Shown piece by piece: positions 24,721 to 37,608 of a stretch of DNA of 64,000 nt. Both the position numbers and the translations under genes were made by a program. Under the pieces are notes generated by a model that was not told the DNA's origin, searched no databases, and saw only the letters and a program-made list of their open reading frames with translations. How positions within the stretch are numbered: the first letter of the stretch is position 1; each line of letters opens with the position of its first letter. The DNA comes from Octopus sinensis (Eukaryota), in NCBI RefSeq assembly GCF_006345805.1, contig NC_042997.1, forward strand, positions 96,906,001 through 96,970,000. The letters are read 5' to 3'.

Positions 24721-24743
24721 TTGCGGCCGCCATTTTGATTGGG
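24721..24743 (-). promoter_or_regulatory. Candidate promoter element: CCAAT box abutting a YY1 consensus
   Basis: Minus strand CCCAATCAAAATGGCGGCCGC; a GTAAGC donor lies ~180 nt downstream (24542-24547). Confidence 0.35.
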
Positions 24744-25339
24744 TAGCATATGAAAATTATTTCCTCAACAACTCGAAAAGAAATATTTACAATTTTATCA
24801 TTATTTTCTTTAAATTTCTATTACTACTCTTTCTAAAATTTCTTTACAGCAACTTTCATTATTACTTCATTATCTTAAGCTTTTTCTTGCTTCATTCGAT
24901 CCCCTCTTACTTTCGTCGGAGACTAGTCAATTAACTTGTGTCTATATTGACTTATTTACTAATGTTATCATTTAAGGGAAACTATTCTATCAGGTTTTCT
25001 CTTCTTCATTCATTCGATATACATTGTGTTAGGTACAAGAATCCTTTTCATCTCTAACTAATGAATCCGGAAAACATGACCAGTGAATGTTAGCCTACAG
25101 AGGTCAATATTAACTCAAAATTTGTTCATTTAGTTAATAAAATCTATTCCTCTTCAAGTTACCTTTATCCAAATTTTCTTTTTTTATTTATTTTCACAAA
25201 AATGTAGTAGTTTAGAGACATAGCTATTGTCTTTTCACTGCTAAATTACCATTACATATTAACCTAATCTTTAAGAAACGCCTCTTCTTTGGCAAGTTTT
25301 ACAAATACGCACTCATACAATGAAAGGTAATTGAACTAA

Positions 25340-25439
25340 NNNNNNNNNNNNNNNNNNNNNNNNNNNNNNNNNNNNNNNNNNNNNNNNNNNNNNNNNNNNN
25401 NNNNNNNNNNNNNNNNNNNNNNNNNNNNNNNNNNNNNNN
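25340..25439. other. Assembly gap (100 N)
   Basis: Run of exactly 100 N. Confidence 1.
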
Positions 25440-26422
25440 GAAGTTTTAAGACAAATGTATGAAAATGCTTTGACGAGTCAAAGGTTAAAATCGGCTGCGA
25501 CTACGAAAATTGCTGCGAAACTCTATTTTGAGATTATTAAGTAGCACATGAATTTATGTACTCTCAAATCTACTCAAACGGTATGAACAGCTTATGCAAA
25601 TTTTAAAAAAGAATTTCATTAAAGATAAAGTGTTAATGTATGGAAAAATTGGATGAAAAAATAATTCATCTGAACGAGACTTGACATTAATTATCAGCGT
25701 TTTTACTGAACTTGAGTTAGTACCTGGAAAATGCATGGACACTAATTTAGTTTTACAAAGGCAGATAAACTGGTCATGACGCACTATTATTTTTTGTTTT
25801 CTTGTTCAATTATAAAATAGAATTCGCTATCCTTAGGAATAAAATTAATGAACTAGCTCCAAGTGATGCTTTTAGATGCATAGAATCTGAAGAAGAAAAA
25901 CTTTTAATTCGTTGTGACAAGAAAAATAAGTAATAAAATGTTTGATAAAAACGCAAGCTTATGAAGTGAATGATAAATTGCGTTTAAAAAAAATATAATT
26001 TAAGTTCTCGTAATAATACACCTAAAAATATAGAATCATCAATTTAGGTCCTATCTCATGGAACACTGAACAGGTCCCTTGGAAATTAGGTGTAGAAACA
26101 TTGCACGAATGTAAATTTTCGAATCGTAGCATAACATTCGTTTGAAAAGTCCTTCCGCCGCAGGGGAAACTAAAATGAATAATGAAGTTAATTGAAATAC
26201 GTTGTGCAGAAGAGGAACTATTCTGTATTAACACTCATGTAAGTCTTTTTATTGGCTTTTCAAAGTCGATGATGCATGTGAAATAATAATTGGGACGTCA
26301 GCGATCACATTTTTGGTATCAGTGTGCATTTTTGGTATCAGAAGAAAGTGCAGTATAATTTAAAAACAGTTCAGGTGGTAGCAGATAAGTCCACATGAAG
26401 AAATAACTGATGTATATATATT

Positions 26423-26479
<57 letters not shown>

Positions 26480-26488
26480 TATATTATA

Positions 26489-26554
<66 letters not shown>

Positions 26555-26555
26555 A

Positions 26556-26592
<37 letters not shown>

Positions 26593-26598
26593 ATATAA

Positions 26599-26997
26599 GG
26601 CGTAGAAGTGGCTGTGTGGTAAGTAGCTTGTTTACCAGCCACATGGTTCCGGTTCAATCCCACTGCGTGGCACATTGGGCTAGTGTCTTCTAGTATAGCC
26701 TCGGGCCGACCAAAGCTTTATGAGTGGATTTGGTAGACGGAAACTAAAAGAATCCTGTCGTATATATGTATATATATATATGTATGTGTGTATATGTTTG
26801 TGTGCCTGCGTTTGTCCCCCCACATCGCTTGACAACCGATGCTGGTGTGTTTACGTCCCCGTCACTTAGCGGTTCGGCAAAAGAGACTGATAGAATAAGT
26901 ACTAGGCTTACAAAGAATAAGTCCTGGGGTCGATTTGCTCGACTAAAGGCGGTGCTCCAGAATGGTCACAGTCACATGACTGAAACAAGTAAAAAAA
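26599..26997 (+). mobile_element. SINE family A
   Basis: Full head, CORE-like region and tail. Confidence 0.9.
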
Positions 26998-27010
26998 AAG
27001 TATATATATT

Positions 27011-27050
<40 letters not shown>

Positions 27051-27498
27051 AATTATATGTTGAGATATTCTATTGACATTCAATAATTTATTTATATTAC
27101 AATATTACATTAAGTACAATGAATATGATATATTACGTAACATAATTTTATATAAATAATTATAAAAACATTAAAAGGCCAACAAATTGCTTCAACTTAT
27201 ATATATACCTTTTCTAATATACATAATCACAGTTACATTATATATAAGTCACTTCCGTGTCCATTGGTTCAGAAAGATGAAATTTCGTTTGGAAGGACGG
27301 CTGGATTGTAAAAATTTATTCAAATTTGAATTAAACTATTTTTATTATTGAATTATACCAATATTTATATGGTATCAAACTGAAGTGCCAGTGAAGTGTA
27401 TGTTTATACACCCCTCTGAAGAATTTCTTTTCCTCAGTTTGTTACTATATATATATATATATATATAGATATAATATATATCTATATATATATATATC

Positions 27499-27529
<31 letters not shown>

Positions 27530-27744
27530 ATATTATGTGAACTAGAAAGATGAATAATCTTGTAGTAGATTAATCAAAAGTTTAAACCGATACCTTAGTA
27601 GCAAAAATCACAGCAGTGACAGCACGGTTGGAGGTACAACCATCTGGCGTTGCAACCGTGCGTTGGTGCGGATAATTGAAATTAAAACATTATTGGTGAA
27701 TTGAAGAAATGGAGCTGAACGCAGATTGAACAGAAATCGTTTTA

Positions 27745-27831
27745 TTTCATTCTACACGTGTTTCGAAAGGCACAAATTACCAAAATCCGATTGAATAATG
27801 GACCATATTGTGTCTTTCTCTTCAGAAGAAA
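27745..27831 (-). ncRNA. Hammerhead ribozyme (mirror copy in left palindrome arm)
   Basis: Same motif as 29088-29177 but lacks one C in stem I. Confidence 0.65.
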
Positions 27832-29087
27832 AAAGGAAATCCGTTGGAAAAACAAAAACAGAACAGAGGCAGAGCAAAAAACAATCGAACTGTGCTCCTA
27901 AGAGCCCATGGCGAAACTGTTTATCAGTGTATGTTGAGAACCGGTGGCTGAAGAATTCAACAGTCAGGCATCGGTCAACATGTGGGTGAGGGTGTATAGA
28001 TGTTCTTTGTGACCGAGAATAAAGTTCTGACTATTTAAAGAATATTGGATGTTTTATAAGGGGCGAGAAAAATCTACTTAGAGACGTGTGTGTGTGTATA
28101 CTGTTCTATATATGTGTGTGTTGGCGTAGGGGTAGAAAACATTTTTGTGTACGTGTGTGCGTTTGATCGTTCGGCTGTCAGTGGCTACTGCCGCCGTGAT
28201 AACCGTTGGGTGGCAGAAAGAAAAAAATAAAGAAATTATATATATATTTTTTTATGTTTTATGTGTGTGTGTGTGTGTTCATCTAAGCCTACCTTGACAA
28301 GGAAACCCCCCGCTGTGAAAAACAAGCCCCGTTTGTCTTACAGGAGTAATTTCCCTTGCAGTGGTTAGTTGTAGATATCTTAAAATCTATTTCAGAATTT
28401 GTTACCAAGGGCTATGGGTGCCGGTCTTATTTATAACGCTATTTAAAGGCCAGATAAGTGTACACTTATCTGGCCTTTAAATAGCGTTTATAAATAAGAC
28501 CGGCACCCATAGCCCTTGGTAACAATTCTGAAATAGATTTTAAGATATCTACAATAACCACTGCAAGGGAAATTACTCTGTAAGACAAACGGGGCTTGTT
28601 TTTCACAGCGGGGGTTTTCCTTGTCAAGGTAGGCTTAGATGAACACACACACACACATAAAACATAAAAAATATATATATATAATTTCTTTATTTTTTCT
28701 TTCTGCCACCCAACGGTTATCACGGCAGTAGCCACTGACAGCCGAACGATCAAACGCACACACGTACACAAAAATGTTTTCTACCCCTACGCCAACACAC
28801 ACATATATAGAACAGTATACACACACACACGTCTCTAAGTAGATTTTTTCTCGCCCCTTATAAACATCCAATATTCTTTAAATAGTCAGAACTTTATTCT
28901 CGGTCACAAAGAACATCTATACACCCTCACCCACATGTTTGACCGATGCCTGACCTGTTGAATTCTTCAGCCACCGGTTCTCAACATACACTGATAAACA
29001 GTTTCGCCATGGGCTCTTAGGAGCACAGTTCGATTTGTTTTTTGCTCTGCCTCTGTTCTGTTTTTGTTTTTCCAACGGATTTCCTTT

Positions 29088-29177
29088 TTTCTTCCTGAAG
29101 AGAAAGACACAATATGGGTCCCATTATTCAATCGGATTTTGGTAATTTGTGCCTTTCGAAACACGTGTAGAATGAAA
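29088..29177 (+). ncRNA. Type I hammerhead ribozyme with long stem II
   Basis: TTTCTTC-CTGAAGA-GAAAG-ACACAA...TTGTGC-CTTTC-GAA-ACACGTGT-A-GAATGAAA. Canonical G10.1-C11.1 pair, palindromic stem III, GUA triplet, 56 nt stem II. Confidence 0.85.
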
Positions 29178-29241
29178 TAAAACGATTTCTGTTCAATCTG
29201 CGTTCAGCTCCATTTCTTCAATCACCAATAATATATAATAT

Positions 29242-29273
<32 letters not shown>

Positions 29274-30376
29274 CAGGGTGACTGAATAACTCCCTATTTG
29301 AAAGCGTAGGTCTTTGAGGCACTTGCAACCCCTCCTATTACTATCTCTGCTCACGTAGTCTAGATACGTGTCCAAGCTGGCGTTCCAATCCCCCACTAAA
29401 AGTAAAGGGCGAGACGTTCCTAGTAATACTTCTAGACGTCGAAAGAAATCCGACCGACCTATTAAAGGCGGTGTGTAGACTGTTATGAGTCGATAAGCAC
29501 ACCCATTGCTGCCGTCGACATCTAGAACAACCAGTCTACTCTCCGGGTCTACGAATATTGTCTTTTCTTCGAGATCCAGGCGAAAATGTACCGCCCTACC
29601 ACTACCGCCCATTTCGGCAGACAGCGAGAAAAATAAATGCTAAACTGTCCGCCAAACATGGCCTTTAGGGCCCGTGTATTATGGAGTCTGCTCTCACTTA
29701 TGGTTGTAATTTCTAACTCGTATGACTATGTCATTTAAGAGGCACTCTTGTTTCCAAGATGACCTCAAGCCACGCGCATTCACACAACCAATCTTGATCT
29801 ATAATCCTAATGAGGTGTGTGTTTTAAAACACTAACGAAAGGCACAGAGAGTCACTTAACGTTTGAATGTTTTTGTGTCTCCTCCTTCGGTTTTCCTCGA
29901 CAGTTTTTTAGAAGAGTAATTCTGGCATCTTCAAACCGCATCGGGGTATATGGATTTTAGTGCATGGTACAGGCTTTGTGTGATGTGCAATATTTTAATG
30001 CGTTCTGGTGGTGTTGTGTATGGGTTGTTGCTTGTTTTCATGTCTGCGTGTGTTAAGTTTGCTTTTGTGTTGATGTATTCCATCAAATCTCTATTTCTCG
30101 TGTTTATGGCTGTGAGCATCGTTGCTGCATATGTTTTTGTGGTGTTGTTGTTGGTGTTGTTTGTGCTAGTGTTCAAAAGGTTTTCGTGAGTTGTGTATCT
30201 CCCTGCTTTGTTTACGTTTGTTTTTGTTCTTTTCTTACTCCTGTTGGTGGTGGTGGTGGTGGTGGTGGTGGTGGTGGTAGTAGCAGATGTGGTAGTTGTA
30301 GTAGCAGAAGTTGTAGTAGTAGTGTTGGTGTTGACGGCAGAGTTGAAGTCTTTGGTGGCGGTGATGGTGTATGTAT
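29274..30376 (-). mobile_element. Diverged Tx1 fragment (ORF1 C-terminus + endonuclease), 5' junction at (GATA)n 30377-30528
   Basis: LGTSRPLLLVGDWNASLDT and GCVNARGL homologous to 13700-14450. Confidence 0.9.
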
Positions 30377-30431
<55 letters not shown>

Positions 30432-30440
30432 GTAGATAGG

Positions 30441-30529
<89 letters not shown>

Positions 30530-31116
30530 GGGCGGACGGTGGTCAGCATGTGTAAAAGAACGTCAGAAGACATAGAAATTTATACACGGAGCAGAAGACC
30601 ACTATGTGGACATCTTACATGCTGAAAAGTGTAGTTAGATTCCAAGTTACAAAAAAAGCATTCTTATTTATGGCACATTGATTGTAAGCGAGCAGGACAC
30701 CTGAGTGAATAAAAATTTTAGATAACAATGTACCTCGGATTTTCACCATTAATTAGTAAATAAATAAATTAATTACTCAGTTAATTAATCGATGAATTAA
30801 CCATCTGTAGCTCGTCAGTAGAGTCGCTGGAAAATATATAATTATGAAACTCAAATGCGTACCGAAAACACAAAGTAAACCCGTGCGTATTTAGTCCCAT
30901 CTTTATACATCAAGAATTTAAATCGAATGTCCTCAGCCAACATACCGAGCCAGAATAGTACAGCAGTGAATAAATTCAACCGTGAATTAACTGACCCAAG
31001 AAATGAAATATTTAAATATATAAATACAAAGATAAAAATTATTAAAAATAATAATTTATACCAGTGGTCAGCATTCGTAAAAAATGTCAGAAGGCATAAA
31101 TATTTTTATAATATAT

Positions 31117-31268
31117 ATGAGTGTATAAAAATTTATACACCGAGAGAAGACCACTATGTGGACTTCCTACATGCTGAAAAGAGCAGTCAGACCCTAAGCC
31201 ACGTAAAAAGCATATAAGAAGTCCACACAGTGGTCTTCTCTCCATGTATAAATTTCTTATACACTCAT
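31117..31268. mobile_element. Small foldback/MITE with ~50 bp inverted arms; extra arm copy at ~30575-30635
   Basis: atgagtgtataa...gagaagaccactatgtggacttc / gaagtccacacagtggtcttctc...ttatacactcat. Confidence 0.7.
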
Positions 31269-32901
31269 GTATATCAGAATGCAAATTAACGTACAATGCT
31301 TTGTAACAAACTAATGAAAATGAGTACAAAATGAACATTATAGAGTTTACGGTTCCTTCAAATTGAATGCTTAATTCGGGATTCATGTTTCAGATTGCTG
31401 CAGTTTTCAGGTGAGAATTCATACAGTTTGTGTAATCGTTAATGTGTATCAGCGTGTGTGGAAGGGTGTTTTTATTTGTATTCGCTTGTTTGTGTCTGTG
31501 TATTGTTCTGGTTTTACATGTGTCGGTTGGTTGACTTATATTTTCTCACTTTATTGGGGACTCTGCTTCTTTGATTTTGTTTAGTTGTTTTTATAAAAAT
31601 TTTCAAGAAAAATATTTTAGCGTGTGCGGTCATGCTTTCTACATTTCTCGGTGTTGTGCTGTATAGACACAGGTACACGGGAACGATTATTTTTTTTTAA
31701 GCTGAATTTGAATTTTGTTTAATCAAGGCAAACCGTTTTAAAATCTTGTTTGTATATGTGTGTATATATGTGATTTTATTGATAAGTACTACGTTTGGGT
31801 GATTTCGTGTCTTGTTTTGTTCGGAAGTTAACGAGAAAATGAGACTTTCTTATTAACCAAAAAACAAATAAGAGACGGAACTACATCAGAGTGCTGAAAA
31901 CATTGCAAGAAACGTTACAAAACTAAGGAAAACACATTTGGAGCAAAGTAACAAAGTAGTGCATCAAGCGGTGAGGGGCAGTTTTCAAGAGGTTTTAAGA
32001 GATAAATGTGACAATATTTATTAAAAGTGCCAAATTTACTTTCTGTTGCCTTTTAGTGAGCCAACGTTTTACTATACATATATACATACATACAATCTAC
32101 TGAGAATCTCCCTTAAAATAGGTGAGTTACAAAGTCCTAACAAAATATTCTTTGCTTTGCGTAAGACACGTATATTAATGTTTCTTATAGATTGTCCCCT
32201 TACAGACAATTTAAGTTTTAAAAAAAGCTTAGTCTTAGCAATGCAATCAAAACTAAAAATTTCAGTCTGAATATAATCAAATTTTATTGAAAAATTTATA
32301 ACATATTTCTGTTTCAGTATTATAAACGTTTTCCACCTTTCTTTGCTCTTTGTTCACAAAGGTACATTCATGTGTGTGTATGGAGGGGTTTGTGTGTGTG
32401 CGTGTGTATGTATAATGCATGTACATATTGCACATATCGATACATATTCATAAAATTATATTGCGATTAACAACCAAAAATAGTATTAAAGAGTAATCAA
32501 GATGAGCGTAAAGGAAGTGATACAGGCACCTGAGTAACATTACACATACATCCTAATTAAAATTAGGAGTTATGGACTTAGGAAGATGAAAAATTAAATG
32601 GATAAGGCACCGGGTGTAGTGTGGATACGAATAACCACTAATTATTCGAATATTGCTGGGGGCTCGAAGTATAAAATGTGTTTCATATCACAGTATATAC
32701 AAATTACATTCTACATAGGAATCCTCTTTCCACTCTAAACTTCAATTATTCTTGAGCAACTGCGATGGGTATAAATTCATTGCTTCTTATTACTTTATTC
32801 ACTAATTATTAGATTATTAGATTTGATTTACAATATCGTTTGTGTCATATATTAACAAAGCATCGTTAGCGTTAGTTTCGTAGTGGTATCTTTATCTGAA
32901 A

Positions 32902-33372
32902 GGTGGTGAGCTGGCAGAAACGTTAGCACGCCGCGCGAAATGCTTAGCGGTATTTTGTCTGCCGCTACGTTCTGAGTTCAAATTCCGTCAAGGTCGACTT
33001 TGCCTTTCATCCTTTCGGAGTCGATTAAATAAGTACCACTTACGCACTGGGGTCGATATAATCGACTTAATCCGTTTGTCTGTCCTTGTTTGTCTCCTCT
33101 GTGTTTGACCCCTTGTGGGTAGTAAAGAAATAGGTATTTTGTCTGCCGCTACGGAGAAACGTTAGCTCGCCGGGCGAAATGCTTAGCGGTATTTCGTCTG
33201 CAGCTACATTCTGAGTTCAAATTCCGCCGAGGTCGACTTTGCCTTTCATCCTTTCGGGCTCGATCAAATAAGTACCGTTACTCACTGTGGTCGATATAAT
33301 CGACTTAATCCGTTTGTCTGTCCTTGTTTGTCCTCTCAGTGTTTAGCCCTTGTGGGTAGTAAAGAAGTAAGT
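32902..33372 (+). mobile_element. Two head-to-tail SINE family B copies (tRNA-derived, octopus OK/OR1-like)
   Basis: ggtgagctggcagaaacgttagcacg (A box) and gagttcaaattcc (B box); body and tail repeated at 32902 and ~33153. Confidence 0.9.
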
Positions 33373-34164
33373 ATTTTTATCTGACACTGATTCGGATGAG
33401 ACTGCCAAGCAGATTTTTTTTTAATATAACTCCTCGCATATGTACATCTCTATTTTGCACGTGTGGAAGTAAATATTATACATAACTTGAGAGTAACGAT
33501 GAGAGGTAGGGTATTTTCTTGAGACAATTACCCAGAAATATCAACTAACTTGGCTTGCATTCTCTAAATAGAAAGTATTTTATTCTTGATGCATTTAACT
33601 TTTTTATATTAAGTTACATTAATCAAGAATGTAGAGGCCTATACTATGCACCGCTCTTATAAGGATAACTGGATCAAAATCTTGAACATGACTTCGTTTG
33701 CATTTTCATTGCATTTCGTAATAAGGGTAAAACTAAAACTCAATCAGATTTAACTTCTATAAGGAATAAATATTTCATAATAATTACGAAGGCCACCTAC
33801 AATCTTAAGTAGCTTTGCTTTGGGTCAATACTTCCAGATGATCGAATTATATGTACAACATATATGTATAGTTATGTGAGCCTACATTTACATAAACCTC
33901 TTTCATTTCTTCATGAACGGGAATGTGTTGAATAAGACATAAGTTCTCTATGCTAACCTGTACACACATGTGGGTGAGTGCATGTGAGGACGTGTACGAG
34001 TTGCGCGTATGAATGCATGAGAGTATAAACATCTACATATTTGTTATGTCTGGCAGGTTTTATCTAAGTATGTGTATATGAAAACGTATGTGTTCGCTTC
34101 TGTGTGCGCGGGTAGTGTGTGTATGTGTGTCTGTGTATTAATAAGTGTGTCTGTGAATCTATGA

Positions 34165-34558
34165 TTCTTTTCTACTCTAGGTACAAGGCCCAAACTTCGG
34201 GGGAGGGGGCCAGTCAATTATTCGACCCTGTACGCAACTGGTACTTTATTTATCGACCCCGAAAGGATGAAAGCAAAGTCGACTTCGGCGGAATTTAAAC
34301 TCAGAACGTAGCGGCAGACGAAATACCTATTTCTTTACAACTCACAAGGGGCTAAATGCAGAGAGGTCAAACAAGGAGAGACAAACGGATTAAGTCGATT
34401 ATATCGACCCCAGTGCGTAACTGGTACTTATTTAATCGACCCCGAAAGGATGAAAAGCAAAGTCGACCTCGGCGGAATTTGAACTCAGAATGTAGCTGCA
34501 GACGAAATACCGCTAAACATTTCGCCCGGCGAACTAACGTTTCTCCTAGCTCGCTGCC
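34165..34558 (-). mobile_element. SINE family B dimer (full unit + headless unit with alternative tail)
   Basis: Tail re-enters the body at GGTATTTCGTCTGCCGCTACG. Confidence 0.88.
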
Positions 34559-34613
34559 TTCAGTCTATATGATTCTGCAGCATCAATGTACGTATGAATG
34601 CTTTGTGTAAATA

Positions 34614-34849
34614 TATTTCTTTACTATCCACAAGGGGCTAAACACAGAGGGGACAAACAAGGACAGACAAACGGATTAAGTCGATTACATCAACCCCAGT
34701 GCGTAACTGGTACTTAATTTACCGACCCCGGAAGGATGAAAGGCAAAGTCGACCTCGGCGGAATTTGAACTCGGAACGTAACGACAGACGAAATACGGCT
34801 ACGCATTTCGCCCGGCGTGCTAACGTTTCTGCCAGCTTGCCGCCATAAT
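34614..34849 (-). mobile_element. SINE family B with 17 bp target-site duplication
   Basis: TSD aatgctttgtgtaaata at 34597-34613 and 34850-34866. Confidence 0.93.
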
Positions 34850-35989
34850 AATGCTTTGTGTAAATACCTTCACCCTTCGACCGTTGCCTCTCGATCCAAT
34901 AACTTTTCCCTGTGCGGAGGAACATGCCTATGTGCAATTATACTCTTGTACGGCCGATATAAACGTGAATATGCGGGTGGGAAGTTTCTTTATGCATGAA
35001 TAGCAGTGGGATTACTTGTATGTGCATATAGGTTCGTCTACTCTTTAAGATTCTGCCATAATTATACGCTAGTTTAATTATAGTACTTACCTTGTTAGTG
35101 TACCGACAAAGCAAGGTGAGCCGGCGTATGATGGTTATCTTTTCGGTCAATCTTTCCAATTATCCAAAAAGAATTATGAAGACACTAACAAATTTTGAAA
35201 AAGTTATGACCTTCTATGAACTTTATTTGTTAATAAAGAATAAAATGTTTTGAATGACACAACAATGCACTATAATACAAACAATGGACCAAAATAACTG
35301 TTGTAATTTAATTATCCATAGTCTGATATGATATTTCGGAATAAAAATTCCTTCTTCTGATGTCCCTAGGAATTGATGGAGTCGCTAACACCCATGCGGA
35401 TTGATTAACAGAAATTTAGAATTACATATAAACATAACCACAGCATTAACACATTATTGTCACTGCGTTAGCTGACCGCCAAATTAGTATGGCAATATAA
35501 ACATTAAGCCACTATACATAGCTGGAGTCGTTGAAGTTGGAAAACCTACCAACGGTCTGCCTTAAACTTAGTTCGTACTACTTACCATATGCCTATTTTA
35601 ATCTTTATTCAATCTTAATTTTGGTATATATTTACAGAGTAAGAACCGAAATCAATGATAAAGTCTTAATACAACTACATCTAACATACATTGCACAACA
35701 AAGAAAGGGTAAAGTGAAATTGCAACAATAAAGATTTTTAATAACATTATGCAGGTGTTTAATAAAATGAATATGTTTTACATTTTTACACACCATGTAT
35801 CGATTCCAATTTGTATAATGGCTTCACTTGGCATGAATCAAGTTTGTATATACATATATATATATATAATATATATATATTATATATATATATATATATA
35901 TAGATATATATATATATATAATATATATACATATATATATATACATATATATATGTATATATACATATATATATATACGCATATATATA

Positions 35990-36032
<43 letters not shown>

Positions 36033-36178
36033 CAACCATACATACATAATGTTATATGTACATACATATACATAAACAATATAATATATCTATATCAGTA
36101 TATGTATTTATATATGCATGTATATACAATCTGTTATACATCTATACATATACATATGTATAAATATATACATACATA

Positions 36179-36221
<43 letters not shown>

Positions 36222-36286
36222 ATATATATATATATATATATACAATATATATTCATATATATACATCATATAATAATATCTGTGTG

Positions 36287-36383
<97 letters not shown>

Positions 36384-36815
36384 AGGTAGATTAGGAGTGA
36401 GAGAAAGACCGAGAGAGACAGAGAGGGGTTTATAGTAAAGATCATGAGAATCGCCATTTCCCTGCTAGCTATTAAAAATTGGGAAGAATATTTTATTAAA
36501 GTTCATTTTCCAGTTATTATGATTCAAGATTGGATTCATTGGAATACGATTTAATGTACCGATAAGTTTATTCGATGAAGTATAAATGGTTAAATATCTG
36601 TTTTACTTCAAATATTTGCCTTTTATCTTATAGTTAACGATTACGTATTACTAAGAAGTGACGAAATCTTAATGAAGAGTTAATTTGTAATTTTCATTAT
36701 TGGACGTGGCTGCAATTTATAATTGTTATAACTATATATCAAAATATGAATTAGACTTTAAAATTATTATCTTTAACAATTGCTGACGTAGTTTAAACAA
36801 AAATCTGGAGTATTA

Positions 36816-36905
36816 TTAAAACTTCTTGTAGCAAGATGAATTTCCTCGCTCAGAATCAGGAATCCTGGCCTCACTTGGAGCCTCGTCTTTCATGTTGTCA
36901 CGTAC
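36816..36905 (-). CDS. DPEP1: Membrane dipeptidase (M19, DPEP1-like), terminal coding exon
   Basis: Acceptor ttttgtttttccag|; phase 0 VRDNMKDEAPSEARIPDSERGNSSCYKKF* continues the 57220 exon in frame; AATAAA at 36567-36572 and 36492-36497. The family is recognised; exact orthology is unverified. Confidence 0.8.
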   Translation of the reverse strand, partial: VRDNMKDEAPSEARIPDSERGNSSCYKKF

Positions 36906-36980
36906 CTGGAAAAACAAAATAATAATAAACGTACATTGGATTATATGTGTGTGTATGAATGCACGCATTCTATGTATGCA

Positions 36981-37318
36981 TTGACCCCCTTCGGTCATGA
37001 ATGACCATCAGTTTGCATCTAGAAAGTTCCCCTCCGAGGCACAAATCCGGGCAAAGTTGTTTATGGAAGACCAGCAGTCACCCATGCATACCATGCTACC
37101 CCGCTTCACCCCACCGATGTTATCCAACGGAAAGGCAAAGGCCGACATAGCTTGGCACCGGTGATGTCACAACTCATTTCTATTGTTGAGTGAACTGGAG
37201 CAGCGTGTAAAATAAAGTCTTGCTCAAGAACACAATACACAGTCCGGTCTTAGAATTAAACTCACTAACTCGTGGTGATTGTGAGTCCGACGATCTAACC
37301 ACCCAGCCATGCACCTTG
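36981..37318 (-). mobile_element. tRNA-derived SINE, third family (C)
   Basis: Head gcatggctgggtggttagatcgtcggactc..., body gtgttcttgagcaagac...ttccataaacaactttgcccgg. Confidence 0.8.
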
Positions 37319-37557
37319 AAACCCACCCAAAAAAACGAAAACAATGTTTTCTAAACAAAAATCCCCCAAAAACATGTTTTATACAAATGAACAAGCTGTT
37401 TGTACATTCACAAAATTGCTATTGACAAGTTCTAGAAAGCGCTAATAATTATGAAGAAATAAAAATAATTTATTTTCAAAAGTTCTGACGACTTTTTTCT
37501 CAATATATATATAATGATATATCAGAATATATCAAAATAATATATTTGCCTTCATGT

Positions 37558-37608
<51 letters not shown>

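Larger units (their letters stand above)
27689..29232. repeat. Zero-spacer palindrome, ~772 bp arms, centre 28461/28462
   Basis: ...ggccagataagtgt|acacttatctggcc...; arms differ mainly by small indels. Confidence 0.95.

Noticed and set aside
25440-25800. Possible decayed hAT transposase (NLLKRYEQLMQILKK...)
   Set aside because: Motifs too weak, all frames interrupted, next to an assembly gap.
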